The notes below the pieces were generated by a model that was given only the letters and a program-made list of their open reading frames with translations, made no database searches and was not told the DNA's origin. A DNA stretch of 64,000 nt, taken from positions 800,001-864,000 of the forward strand of contig OY762209.1 of the NCBI GenBank assembly GCA_963665295.1, read 5' to 3'. This document shows, piece by piece, positions 15,865 through 25,650 of the stretch. Position 1 is the first letter of the stretch. The number at the start of each line of letters is the position of its first letter. The DNA comes from Syntrophorhabdaceae bacterium. GTDB taxonomy: Bacteria; Desulfobacterota; Syntrophorhabdia; Syntrophorhabdales; Syntrophorhabdaceae. Position numbers and translations under genes: made by a program.

Positions 15865-18387
15865 ATGAGCACAATCGTCCAGAACGTCAATGTTCATGTC
15901 AGTCATTCCGACATTCAATTCCTTAAATGGCTTCACATATCGGACTTACATTTCGGTCAGGGCAGATACGCCCATAGTCGCGTTGATCAGGAAATGGTCG
16001 TCGAAGAACTTCTTCACGACGCCACCCAAGTGAGAAAACTAATCGGTTCACCCGACTTCGTCTTCCTCACCGGAGACGTAGCGTTCAGCGCGGACCCCGC
16101 CGAGTATGCCGTAGCAGCGGCATGGACTGATCGACTACTTGAGCAGTTGGGCGTGGACCAGGAGAATTTGTACATCGTCCCAGGCAATCACGATGTAGAT
16201 CGCCGAAGAGCCTTGGATGGACCGACGCATAGGTTCATCCACACCGGGCTAAGACAGACTCCTGAGACGATTGATGACTATCTTGCTAGGCCAACTGAGT
16301 TGGAACAACTCTGGACAAAACTCAAGGCTTTCTCTGACTTCGCGAGGCCATATGGGCCAGTCCAGGTGTCTTACGACTTCCCGTTCTGGACGCACGCAGT
16401 TGATACACTAATGGGCCCCGTCGAGATCGTGGGTCTCAATACAGTCCTATTGAGCTTTGACGATGCAGACCGCGGTTCTCTGACTGTCGGTAAACACCAA
16501 CTCAAGGTCCTGCAAGACCGACAGCGGTTTCGCATAGTGCTTCAGCATCATCCACCTCAATGGCTGCGCGATGGCGACGAACTGAACAAAATACTAAGTA
16601 CTCGCCCACATGTTCTCCTGTGTGGCCACATTCACGAACAACAGGTCCAGGCTATTACCCCTATGGCACAAACCGGACTTCTGCGGTTCGTGGGAGGATC
16701 CGGTCATGAAGACGCAGCACGCCCTCTGCATGCGTACAACTGGGGGCGCGTATCCTCGGAAGGAATCGATTGGTTCCCCAGGCTGTGGAACCACAAGACC
16801 CGTTCGTTTGGGCCGGACTATTCGAATCCAAGCGTTGGTCGTGATCAGTACATCAGGTATACTCGTGAAGATATCCGGGCCTACTCACCTGCGACATTTG
16901 CGTGGCTTCCGGGACGGGATTCCTTTGTCCTGACGCATGTCGAGAGTTGGATAGCGGACAGCCGTGGGCAGTGGCATTTGACGACCGAGAAACCTGTGAA
17001 GGTGACGAAGGATTCTCTACCAGGAATCCTCGACGGACTCCGTGCTGCCGCAGAGGATGCGAACGTCAGCTACGTTGGGTCTGGCGACGACAATAGTTTA
17101 ATCTTCTCTGGTTCGGAGGATGGGTACGATACGCTAAGGCGGTCTCTTGAGTCCGACAGGCAGGCGCTATGCGAGACGCTGGGATTCGAGATCACCCGGA
17201 TTGACAGGGTACAGGGCGCAACTGTGCGGGCATCGGTTTCACAGGATCCTGGAGAGAGTCCACCAAGCCACTCTAAACCGTGGATATCCACGAGCGAGGA
17301 GTTCGTTCCTCCTTTGATTCGCGGATGCAGCATTAATCCGTCTCTGTCGACGGTATCTTTTATTATCGACACGGGAGATAAGGGGAAGCAAATCGACAAG
17401 GAGGAGTTCCAAACTCTGGTAAGTTACTTTTTCTCCTCCTTGTCGTTTCCAGAGGACGACTTTTGGGTTAATCTGTCGGCATATGAGAGCAGAAGAATGA
17501 TCCCACAGGCACTAGGGAGGACCAAGCTTGGTCGAGACATGCTAGCCCAAGACTGCGTTCTGAAGAAGCTGTGCGCCTCGCTTCTGCATCCATCTACCCC
17601 TACAGGTCAGCGGTACTGGGCAGAATTCCATTCGAGGGTGTGCACTTCAGATGGTGCCGCGAGTTGCTTCCAGAAGGTATGGATGCAACCAAAAGTCGCC
17701 ACAGTCTACGAAAAGCCGGCGGGAAAGGAAGAGCCTCAGTTAGAGGGGAACCTCAAAGTTCCCAAAGACCACAGCTTGGCGTATGTGTGTGAAGCCGAAA
17801 TCGGTATTTTCTGTGAGGAGGATGTCATTGCTGCTCACGCGGAATCCGCAAGTGGTGAGCCAGCTTTAGAATCTCGCCGCGCTCACGCCGCTCTCTTTCG
17901 GGATCTCATCGTGCCGGTCATCCATCGGGAAGTGAACAACGGCAGGAACTTCAGTGCAATGCGTCAGATATATAACGCAATGATCCTGGCGACGTGGTTC
18001 CGACTCAGCCATGGAAAGAGCCAGCACTCGCCTTCTTTCATTGGGAGCCGCGATAGTTCACTCGTCTTTGCGACGACAGGCGACCACTCTTTTGTCAGAG
18101 GGGAAAGCAGTATTATCTCTGATGGTTCCATGCAGATAGCCACATCTAACGACGGCATAGACCTCAACGAGTTGTACTACCAAGAGTACCTTCAGCTCTT
18201 CAGGGAAGGGCTTCGACAGACCGAACAGATCGTAGACGTAACCACCGGCCAAGTGACCAGAAGAACATATATGTCCGGCAGATCGGACTTGACGGAAATC
18301 GCGATTCGCTCAACATCATTTCCTTTCGGGCTTCGTTCTTTGCCGCTTCACTGCATAACGGTTCAGGTGAGGGAAGGGGACGGGTAA
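15865..18387 (+). CDS. Calcineurin-like metallophosphoesterase fused to an uncharacterised C-terminal domain
   Basis: SDLHFG, TGDVA, PGNHDV, QHHP, CGHIH motifs. C-terminal FWVNLSAYE...LGRDMLAQD...EVNNGRNF...RQIYNAMILATW...RTYMSG. Start at ATG after GGAGA. Confidence 0.85.
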   Translation: MSTIVQNVNVHVSHSDIQFLKWLHISDLHFGQGRYAHSRVDQEMVVEELLHDATQVRKLIGSPDFVFLTGDVAFSADPAEYAVAAAWTDRLLEQLGVDQENLYIVPGNHDVDRRRALDGPTHRFIHTGLRQTPETIDDYLARPTELEQLWTKLKAFSDFARPYGPVQVSYDFPFWTHAVDTLMGPVEIVGLNTVLLSFDDADRGSLTVGKHQLKVLQDRQRFRIVLQHHPPQWLRDGDELNKILSTRPHVLLCGHIHEQQVQAITPMAQTGLLRFVGGSGHEDAARPLHAYNWGRVSSEGIDWFPRLWNHKTRSFGPDYSNPSVGRDQYIRYTREDIRAYSPATFAWLPGRDSFVLTHVESWIADSRGQWHLTTEKPVKVTKDSLPGILDGLRAAAEDANVSYVGSGDDNSLIFSGSEDGYDTLRRSLESDRQALCETLGFEITRIDRVQGATVRASVSQDPGESPPSHSKPWISTSEEFVPPLIRGCSINPSLSTVSFIIDTGDKGKQIDKEEFQTLVSYFFSSLSFPEDDFWVNLSAYESRRMIPQALGRTKLGRDMLAQDCVLKKLCASLLHPSTPTGQRYWAEFHSRVCTSDGAASCFQKVWMQPKVATVYEKPAGKEEPQLEGNLKVPKDHSLAYVCEAEIGIFCEEDVIAAHAESASGEPALESRRAHAALFRDLIVPVIHREVNNGRNFSAMRQIYNAMILATWFRLSHGKSQHSPSFIGSRDSSLVFATTGDHSFVRGESSIISDGSMQIATSNDGIDLNELYYQEYLQLFREGLRQTEQIVDVTTGQVTRRTYMSGRSDLTEIAIRSTSFPFGLRSLPLHCITVQVREGDG

Positions 18388-18436
18388 TAATATAGAGGCA
18401 CAGCGCTGCAGAAGTCCGTCCAGAGAAAGCAGATTG

Positions 18437-18473
18437 GTAACCAGCCGCTCAACCGGACCGCCGAAAAAGCCCG
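18437..18473 (+). other. Possible left half of an integron attC site
   Basis: GTAACCAGCCGCTCAACCGGACCGCCGAAAAAGC about 50 nt after the stop codon; no complementary right half seen. Confidence 0.35.
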
Positions 18474-18613
18474 TTCCCTCATTGAACAGATGATACTTTT
18501 GGTCAATTCATGGGCTCATCTGCCTTGCTTGGTCTCTGCGTAAAAATCATTAGTTTTTTCCGCACCATTTTGGTGCCGTGCAAGTAGTCGATATCAAACC
18601 CTCTTCACAAGTG

Positions 18614-18732
18614 AAGGCATAGGGGTCAGCCCTTGACACGAGACAGATAGCTAACAACCACTTGAAAAACACAATGATTCAGGTCCTTTTACAGTAGATA
18701 TGTCCCGTGTCAAGGGCTGACCCCTATGCCTT
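18614..18732. repeat. MITE/REP-like element with long terminal inverted repeats
   Basis: AAGGCATAGGGGTCAGCCCTTGACACG...CGTGTCAAGGGCTGACCCCTATGCCTT (27-bp perfect arms). Confidence 0.85.
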
Positions 18733-19398
18733 TTCTCGTGATAGATCCTGCCTCCAGCATGACGGTGAGGCCGAGGATATCTCCTATGCCGGGCAGGGTG
18801 AGGAGGCCTTTGAATTCATCCCTGAGTTTCGCCTCTGCAAGGATCACCCCTTCGATGCGGTCTATCTCTTTGGTGAGTTCACGCATGATCGTAACGCTTG
18901 CGTTGACGGAGAGAAACAGATGTTCCTCCGGGAAGAGCTTTCTTACCTCAACCTCATCAAACTTCTTTACCACATCTCCCCTCACGATAATTCCCAAACT
19001 CCGGCTTATGATGTTCTTGATGCTCAGGATATGGGAAGATCGATGACGCACCAGATGCAACCGTTTTCTCAGGAGATCCCGGATGGGCCTCTCTTCCCTG
19101 GGATAAATATACCCTGTAGGCAATATCCCCAACCGTAAGAGATTGGCAAGCCAGAGGGCGCTTCTCTTATCGTCTATGTTCTTGAGTCCCTCATATTGTT
19201 TGATGGCTGCGGGATTGGCGAGACGCACCGTATATCCATTCTCCATGAGCCCATCCACGAACCAGTACCAGTTGAAGGTAGACTCCACCGCGATCGCGGA
19301 CACCTCTTTCCTGAACGGGTCCAATGTGCCAAGAACGGTCGGGAGATCATTATTCAGCTTCTTCTGAAAGATGACCTTATTTGCCTCGTCAACGATAC
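18733..19398 (-). pseudogene. IS110-family transposase fragment, truncated at both ends
   Basis: AVESTFNWYWFVDGL, LANPAAIKQYEGLK, DDKRSALWLA, LPGIGDI. Cut by IS630 at CTAG (5') and by the MITE (3'). Confidence 0.9.
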
Positions 19399-19803
19399 CT
19401 AGTGTAGTGTCTCAGTAACGCCTTTACAGCGATTCACTTTTTCAAGTATCTCCTCGGCCTTCCTGGTCCATACGAAGGGTTTGGGGTCTTCGTTGTTGCA
19501 GCGAATATATTCTTCGATGGCGGTCACCAGTTCCTGAACGCTTTTGAAGATGCCGCGACGAATTCTCTTTCGTGTGATCTCCCCGAACCAGCGCTCCACC
19601 AGGTTAAGCCACGACGAGCTTGTGGGTGTAAAGTGGGGAACGAAACGGGGGTGTTTTTCGAGCCATGCTTTCACATTGGGGTGGGTATGAGTTCCGTAGT
19701 TGTCGAGAATCATATGGACATCGAGGCCCTTTGGCACCTGACGGTCTATGGTACGCAGGAACTTAAGAAATTCGGTATTTCTGTGGCGGGGATAGCAGGA
19801 GCC
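19399..19803 (-). mobile_element. IS630 3' fragment matching the end of the intact copy at 27757
   Basis: Same sequence as 27757-28161; begins CTAGTGTAGTGTCTCAGTAA; interrupted by IS66 at CAGGAGCC. Confidence 0.95.
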
Positions 19804-19821
19804 GTAACAGTTTAGTCCCCC

Positions 19822-21342
19822 TCACGGAGCCCTCGCCCCATTGCGATACAGTGCCGCCTGTGCCGTCATGGTATCCGACACCAGAAGCGTCTCCAGGAAC
19901 TTCCGTGGATCGTTCCCTTGCCTCATGGAAGTAATGATGAGACTCGGCAGGATACTGTGGGTCTTCAGTCCCGTTGCCGACCGCGTACCGAACATGAGCT
20001 TCCTCATGATCACCAGGAAGCGGATCGACTGTTCTGCCTGGTTGTTGGTAGGTGGTACTCCCGGATAGCGAAGGAACGTGAAGAGAAACTTCCGGTCTTT
20101 GCCGGTAAGGAAGGTACGGAGCCCTTCCGCCGGCTTATACTTGAGGGGCTTTGCACATATCTTCCCGAGGGTTGCTCTCAATTGCTTCTCGATGCGGGGA
20201 GCATCTCCCCACTCTCTCTTTCCCTTAAGAAGATCCCCGCCCGCGGCGCAGGCATCCGAGAAGAGCCTCCCGACCGCATCACAGAACGCCTCCGCTTTTG
20301 TATCTCTTGTCTCCATGAGGACGAGCTCCCGGGTCAACTCCCTGGCCCTGGTGATAAGGTGGGCAAGGCATGTCTGCCTTTCTCTCGCATGAACTCCGTT
20401 ATACGCGGCATAGCGGTCGGTGATGAGCACCCCGTCGAAGTTGTCCCCGAGAAGATGTTGAGCCACGTCTGTCGAGCGGTGCCGGTCGATATGGAAGAGG
20501 GCAAGATCGGCGTTTCCCGCATACCACGCGTAATGACCGGTCCCGTCGTTCCTCCATGATGTCTCATCGGCATGAACTATTTCCGAGGCGCGTATCTTCT
20601 CCCGGAGGTCTTCATAAAGAGGTGTCCCCCTTTTCGCCGCAGCCCTGTCAAACCCCACTGCCGAAGCAGGGACAAAGGCAAGGCCGAAGATCTCCCTCAT
20701 AACTTCCTCTACCTTTCGATAGCTCATACCTATCCTGTACCGCAAGTATAAGGCAACGGATTTCGTAACCGGTCCGATAGGAGCATTCGGAAGTTCGTCG
20801 GGAGCCGCCTTCACCACAGAACGCCCGCAACGGCTACAGTATGCTTCCTTATGCACATACCGTCTCACCACCGTGCGGGGTCTTATGACAATGTCTTCCT
20901 GCACATGCTCACGGATCCCTTCCCCGGGGACAAGAGGGCCTGACCCGCAATGGGGGCATCGATCGGGAGCGGGCACGTGAACCGTCGCATCCACGCGGGC
21001 AGGCTCGGGCCTGAACCACCCGGGGTGTCCGACCGGAGCGCCGCGCTTCCTCCCTGCCAAAGAGACCGCATGCTCCGGTTTTTTGTTCGCCTTGAACTGT
21101 CTTCGATGCAATGCGGTATTCTTCGCCTTCAGTTCCTCGTTCTCCTTCTCTAAAAGACGGATACGCTTCATGGTGTCATCCAGCCTGTCCCGGAACACAT
21201 CGATAATCCGAAGATGCTCTTCGTACACCTCATGGGCCCGCTCATATTCTCCAAAGACCCATAGGGTGGAGAGAAAGTTAAGATGGGGGCAATTGTCCTT
21301 ATAAAGACAATCGTAGCCGTATGGAGGATAGACCCTCTTCAC
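19822..21342 (-). CDS. tnpC: IS66-family DDE transposase
   Basis: Coiled coil, CPHCG/CSRCG zinc ribbon, HADETSW, ITDRY, CLAHL, PTNNQAEQSIR. Confidence 0.95.
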   Translation of the reverse strand: MKRVYPPYGYDCLYKDNCPHLNFLSTLWVFGEYERAHEVYEEHLRIIDVFRDRLDDTMKRIRLLEKENEELKAKNTALHRRQFKANKKPEHAVSLAGRKRGAPVGHPGWFRPEPARVDATVHVPAPDRCPHCGSGPLVPGEGIREHVQEDIVIRPRTVVRRYVHKEAYCSRCGRSVVKAAPDELPNAPIGPVTKSVALYLRYRIGMSYRKVEEVMREIFGLAFVPASAVGFDRAAAKRGTPLYEDLREKIRASEIVHADETSWRNDGTGHYAWYAGNADLALFHIDRHRSTDVAQHLLGDNFDGVLITDRYAAYNGVHARERQTCLAHLITRARELTRELVLMETRDTKAEAFCDAVGRLFSDACAAGGDLLKGKREWGDAPRIEKQLRATLGKICAKPLKYKPAEGLRTFLTGKDRKFLFTFLRYPGVPPTNNQAEQSIRFLVIMRKLMFGTRSATGLKTHSILPSLIITSMRQGNDPRKFLETLLVSDTMTAQAALYRNGARAP

Positions 21343-21617
21343 TCGCTCTCCTGTTTCAGTATCTCCCAGTTGATCTTAGAAAGCTTCTGTATGAGAAGCC
21401 ACATCATCTTGTACCGCTTCGTCATCTCCTTCGCCTTCTCGGCAATCTGTTTTCTCACATACACGGTTACGGTCTTCCCCTTCACTTTTGTGGTAAGGGA
21501 GTGGCCCGTCATGGAAGGGGACTTGGCCACCGTCCCGATAAGGAAGAAATCCAGCTGTGCGACAATGTCCTCCTTAAGTCTCTCCCGCTGCCTTTTAAGA
21601 AGATCGATTTGTTCCAT
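21339..21617 (-). CDS. IS66 accessory small protein (DUF6788-like)
   Basis: 92 aa, LTTKVKGKTVTVYVR; stop overlaps the tnpC start (GTGA). Confidence 0.75.
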   Translation of the reverse strand: MEQIDLLKRQRERLKEDIVAQLDFFLIGTVAKSPSMTGHSLTTKVKGKTVTVYVRKQIAEKAKEMTKRYKMMWLLIQKLSKINWEILKQESE

Positions 21618-21770
21618 TGAACCCTCCGACTGAGTAGTAGTACTCCTATTATAATACCATCATGGAACAAGGAAATCAAAGGTTTTGTGGAAATTAGACA
21701 TAATATTTTGCTGGAAAAAGTTCCGGGGGGACTAAACTGTTACTGTATTCTTGTAACAGTTTAGTCCCCC

Positions 21771-23291
21771 TCACGGAGCCCTCGCCCCATTGCGATACAG
21801 TGCCGCCTGTGCCGTCATGGTATCCGACACCAGAAGCGTCTCCAGGAACTTCCGTGGATCGTTCCCTTGCCTCATGGAAGTAATGATGAGACTCGGCAGG
21901 ATACTGTGGGTCTTCAGTCCCGTTGCCGACCGCGTACCGAACATGAGCTTCCTCATGATCACCAGGAAGCGGATCGACTGTTCTGCCTGGTTGTTGGTAG
22001 GTGGTACTCCCGGATAGCGAAGGAACGTGAAGAGAAACTTCCGGTCTTTGCCGGTAAGGAAGGTACGGAGCCCTTCCGCCGGCTTATACTTGAGGGGCTT
22101 TGCACATATCTTCCCGAGGGTTGCTCTCAATTGCTTCTCGATGCGGGGAGCATCTCCCCACTCTCTCTTTCCCTTAAGAAGATCCCCGCCCGCGGCGCAG
22201 GCATCCGAGAAGAGCCTCCCGACCGCATCACAGAACGCCTCCGCTTTTGTATCTCTTGTCTCCATGAGGACGAGCTCCCGGGTCAACTCCCTGGCCCTGG
22301 TGATAAGGTGGGCAAGGCATGTCTGCCTTTCTCTCGCATGAACTCCGTTATACGCGGCATAGCGGTCGGTGATGAGCACCCCGTCGAAGTTGTCCCCGAG
22401 AAGATGTTGAGCCACGTCTGTCGAGCGGTGCCGGTCGATATGGAAGAGGGCAAGATCGGCGTTTCCCGCATACCACGCGTAATGACCGGTCCCGTCGTTC
22501 CTCCATGATGTCTCATCGGCATGAACTATTTCCGAGGCGCGTATCTTCTCCCGGAGGTCTTCATAAAGAGGCGCCCCCCTTTTCGCCGCAGCCCTGTCAA
22601 ACCCCACTGCCGAAGCAGGGACAAAGGCAAGGCCGAAGATCTCCCTCATAACTTCCTCTACCTTTCGATAGCTCATACCTATCCTGTACCGCAAGTATAA
22701 GGCAACGGATTTCGTAACCGGTCCGATAGGAGCATTCGGAAGTTCGTCGGGAGCCGCCTTCACCACAGAACGCCCGCAACGGCTACAGTATGCTTCCTTA
22801 TGCACATACCGTCTCACCACCGTGCGGGGTCTTATGACAATGTCTTCCTGCACATGCTCACGGATCCCTTCCCCGGGGACAAGAGGGCCTGACCCGCAAT
22901 GGGGGCATCGATCGGGAGCGGGCACGTGAACCGTCGCATCCACGCGGGCAGGCTCGGGCCTGAACCACCCGGGGTGTCCGACCGGAGCGCCGCGCTTCCT
23001 CCCTGCCAAAGAGACCGCATGCTCCGGTTTTTTGTTCGCCTTGAACTGTCTTCGATGCAATGCGGTATTCTTCGCCTTCAGTTCCTCGTTCTCCTTCTCT
23101 AAAAGACGGATACGCTTCATGGTGTCATCCAGCCTGTCCCGGAACACATCGATAATCCGAAGATGCTCTTCGTACACCTCATGGGCCCGCTCATATTCTC
23201 CAAAGACCCATAGGGTGGAGAGAAAGTTAAGATGGGGGCAATTGTCCTTATAAAGACAATCGTAGCCGTATGGAGGATAGACCCTCTTCAC
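21771..23291 (-). CDS. tnpC: IS66-family DDE transposase
   Basis: Identical to copy A except one T-to-A residue (KRGAPLY). Confidence 0.95.
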   Translation of the reverse strand: MKRVYPPYGYDCLYKDNCPHLNFLSTLWVFGEYERAHEVYEEHLRIIDVFRDRLDDTMKRIRLLEKENEELKAKNTALHRRQFKANKKPEHAVSLAGRKRGAPVGHPGWFRPEPARVDATVHVPAPDRCPHCGSGPLVPGEGIREHVQEDIVIRPRTVVRRYVHKEAYCSRCGRSVVKAAPDELPNAPIGPVTKSVALYLRYRIGMSYRKVEEVMREIFGLAFVPASAVGFDRAAAKRGAPLYEDLREKIRASEIVHADETSWRNDGTGHYAWYAGNADLALFHIDRHRSTDVAQHLLGDNFDGVLITDRYAAYNGVHARERQTCLAHLITRARELTRELVLMETRDTKAEAFCDAVGRLFSDACAAGGDLLKGKREWGDAPRIEKQLRATLGKICAKPLKYKPAEGLRTFLTGKDRKFLFTFLRYPGVPPTNNQAEQSIRFLVIMRKLMFGTRSATGLKTHSILPSLIITSMRQGNDPRKFLETLLVSDTMTAQAALYRNGARAP

Positions 23292-23566
23292 TCGCTCTCC
23301 TGTTTCAGTATCTCCCAGTTGATCTTAGAAAGCTTCTGTATGAGAAGCCACATCATCTTGTACCGCTTCGTCATCTCCTTCGCCTTCTCGGCAATCTGTT
23401 TTCTCACATACACGGTTACGGTCTTCCCCTTCACTTTTGTGGTAAGGGAGTGGCCCGTCATGGAAGGGGACTTGGCCACCGTCCCGATAAGGAAGAAATC
23501 CAGCTGTGCGACAATGTCCTCCTTAAGTCTCTCCCGCTGCCTTTTAAGAAGATCGATTTGTTCCAT
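23288..23566 (-). CDS. IS66 accessory small protein
   Basis: As in copy A. Confidence 0.75.
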   Translation of the reverse strand: MEQIDLLKRQRERLKEDIVAQLDFFLIGTVAKSPSMTGHSLTTKVKGKTVTVYVRKQIAEKAKEMTKRYKMMWLLIQKLSKINWEILKQESE

Positions 23567-23718
23567 TGAACCCTCCACATGAGTAGTAGTACTTCTATTA
23601 TAATACCATCATGGAACAAGGGAATCAAAGGTGTTGTGCAAATTAGACATAATATTTTGCTGGAAAAAGTTCCGAGAGGACTAAACTGTTACCAGGAGCC
23701 GTAACAGTTTAGTCCCCC

Positions 23719-25239
23719 TCACGGAGCCCTCGCCCCATTGCGATACAGTGCCGCCTGTGCCGTCATGGTATCCGACACCAGAAGCGTCTCCAGGAACTTC
23801 CGTGGATCGTTCCCTTGCCTCATGGAAGTAATGATGAGACTCGGCAGGATACTGTGGGTCTTCAGTCCCGTTGCCGACCGCGTACCGAACATGAGCTTCC
23901 TCATGATCACCAGGAAGCGGATCGACTGTTCTGCCTGGTTGTTGGTAGGTGGTACTCCCGGATAGCGAAGGAACGTGAAGAGAAACTTCCGGTCTTTGCC
24001 GGTAAGGAAGGTACGGAGCCCTTCCGCCGGCTTATACTTGAGGGGCTTTGCACATATCTTCCCGAGGGTTGCTCTCAATTGCTTCTCGATGCGGGGAGCA
24101 TCTCCCCACTCTCTCTTTCCCTTAAGAAGATCCCCGCCCGCGGCGCAGGCATCCGAGAAGAGCCTCCCGACCGCATCACAGAACGCCTCCGCTTTTGTAT
24201 CTCTTGTCTCCATGAGGACGAGCTCCCGGGTCAACTCCCTGGCCCTGGTGATAAGGTGGGCAAGGCATGTCTGCCTTTCTCTCGCATGAACTCCGTTATA
24301 CGCGGCATAGCGGTCGGTGATGAGCACCCCGTCGAAGTTGTCCCCGAGAAGATGTTGAGCCACGTCTGTCGAGCGGTGCCGGTCGATATGGAAGAGGGCA
24401 AGATCGGCGTTTCCCGCATACCACGCGTAATGACCGGTCCCGTCGTTCCTCCATGATGTCTCATCGGCATGAACTATTTCCGAGGCGCGTATCTTCTCCC
24501 GGAGGTCTTCATAAAGAGGTGTCCCCCTTTTCGCCGCAGCCCTGTCAAACCCCACTGCCGAAGCAGGGACAAAGGCAAGGCCGAAGATCTCCCTCATAAC
24601 TTCCTCTACCTTTCGATAGCTCATACCTATCCTGTACCGCAAGTATAAGGCAACGGATTTCGTAACCGGTCCGATAGGAGCATTCGGAAGTTCGTCGGGA
24701 GCCGCCTTCACCACAGAACGCCCGCAACGGCTACAGTATGCTTCCTTATGCACATACCGTCTCACCACCGTGCGGGGTCTTATGACAATGTCTTCCTGCA
24801 CATGCTCACGGATCCCTTCCCCGGGGACAAGAGGGCCTGACCCGCAATGGGGGCATCGATCGGGAGCGGGCACGTGAACCGTCGCATCCACGCGGGCAGG
24901 CTCGGGCCTGAACCACCCGGGGTGTCCGACCGGAGCGCCGCGCTTCCTCCCTGCCAAAGAGACCGCATGCTCCGGTTTTTTGTTCGCCTTGAACTGTCTT
25001 CGATGCAATGCGGTATTCTTCGCCTTCAGTTCCTCGTTCTCCTTCTCTAAAAGACGGATACGCTTCATGGTGTCATCCAGCCTGTCCCGGAACACATCGA
25101 TAATCCGAAGATGCTCTTCGTACACCTCATGGGCCCGCTCATATTCTCCAAAGACCCATAGGGTGGAGAGAAAGTTAAGATGGGGGCAATTGTCCTTATA
25201 AAGACAATCGTAGCCGTATGGAGGATAGACCCTCTTCAC
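23719..25239 (-). CDS. tnpC: IS66-family DDE transposase
   Basis: As in copy A. Confidence 0.95.
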   Translation of the reverse strand: MKRVYPPYGYDCLYKDNCPHLNFLSTLWVFGEYERAHEVYEEHLRIIDVFRDRLDDTMKRIRLLEKENEELKAKNTALHRRQFKANKKPEHAVSLAGRKRGAPVGHPGWFRPEPARVDATVHVPAPDRCPHCGSGPLVPGEGIREHVQEDIVIRPRTVVRRYVHKEAYCSRCGRSVVKAAPDELPNAPIGPVTKSVALYLRYRIGMSYRKVEEVMREIFGLAFVPASAVGFDRAAAKRGTPLYEDLREKIRASEIVHADETSWRNDGTGHYAWYAGNADLALFHIDRHRSTDVAQHLLGDNFDGVLITDRYAAYNGVHARERQTCLAHLITRARELTRELVLMETRDTKAEAFCDAVGRLFSDACAAGGDLLKGKREWGDAPRIEKQLRATLGKICAKPLKYKPAEGLRTFLTGKDRKFLFTFLRYPGVPPTNNQAEQSIRFLVIMRKLMFGTRSATGLKTHSILPSLIITSMRQGNDPRKFLETLLVSDTMTAQAALYRNGARAP

Positions 25240-25514
25240 TCGCTCTCCTGTTTCAGTATCTCCCAGTTGATCTTAGAAAGCTTCTGTATGAGAAGCCACA
25301 TCATCTTGTACCGCTTCGTCATCTCCTTCGCCTTCTCGGCAATCTGTTTTCTCACATACACGGTTACGGTCTTCCCCTTCACTTTTGTGGTAAGGGAGTG
25401 GCCCGTCATGGAAGGGGACTTGGCCACCGTCCCGATAAGGAAGAAATCCAGCTGTGCGACAATGTCCTCCTTAAGTCTCTCCCGCTGCCTTTTAAGAAGA
25501 TCGATTTGTTCCAT
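25236..25514 (-). CDS. IS66 accessory small protein
   Basis: As in copy A. Confidence 0.75.
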   Translation of the reverse strand: MEQIDLLKRQRERLKEDIVAQLDFFLIGTVAKSPSMTGHSLTTKVKGKTVTVYVRKQIAEKAKEMTKRYKMMWLLIQKLSKINWEILKQESE

Positions 25515-25650
25515 TGAACCCTCCACATGAGTAGTAGTACTTCTATTATAATACCATCATGGAACAAGGAAATCAAAGGTTTTGTGGAAATTAGACATAA
25601 TATTTTGCTGGAAAAAGTTCCGGGGGGACTAAACTGTTACCAGGAGCCTA

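Larger units (their letters stand above)
19804..21743 (-). mobile_element. IS66-family element, copy A (1940 bp)
   Basis: Terminal IR GTAACAGTTTAGTCC...GGACTAAACTGTTAC; preceded by 8-bp CAGGAGCC. Confidence 0.95.
21753..23692 (-). mobile_element. IS66-family element, copy B (1940 bp)
   Basis: Same IRs; separated from A by TGTATTCTT and from C by CAGGAGCC. Confidence 0.95.
23701..25640 (-). mobile_element. IS66-family element, copy C (1940 bp)
   Basis: Flanked on both sides by 8-bp CAGGAGCC (23693-23700, 25641-25648). Confidence 0.95.

Noticed and set aside
18733..19398. Functional IS110 with bridge RNA
   Set aside because: The transposase is truncated at both ends and the non-coding ends are not present
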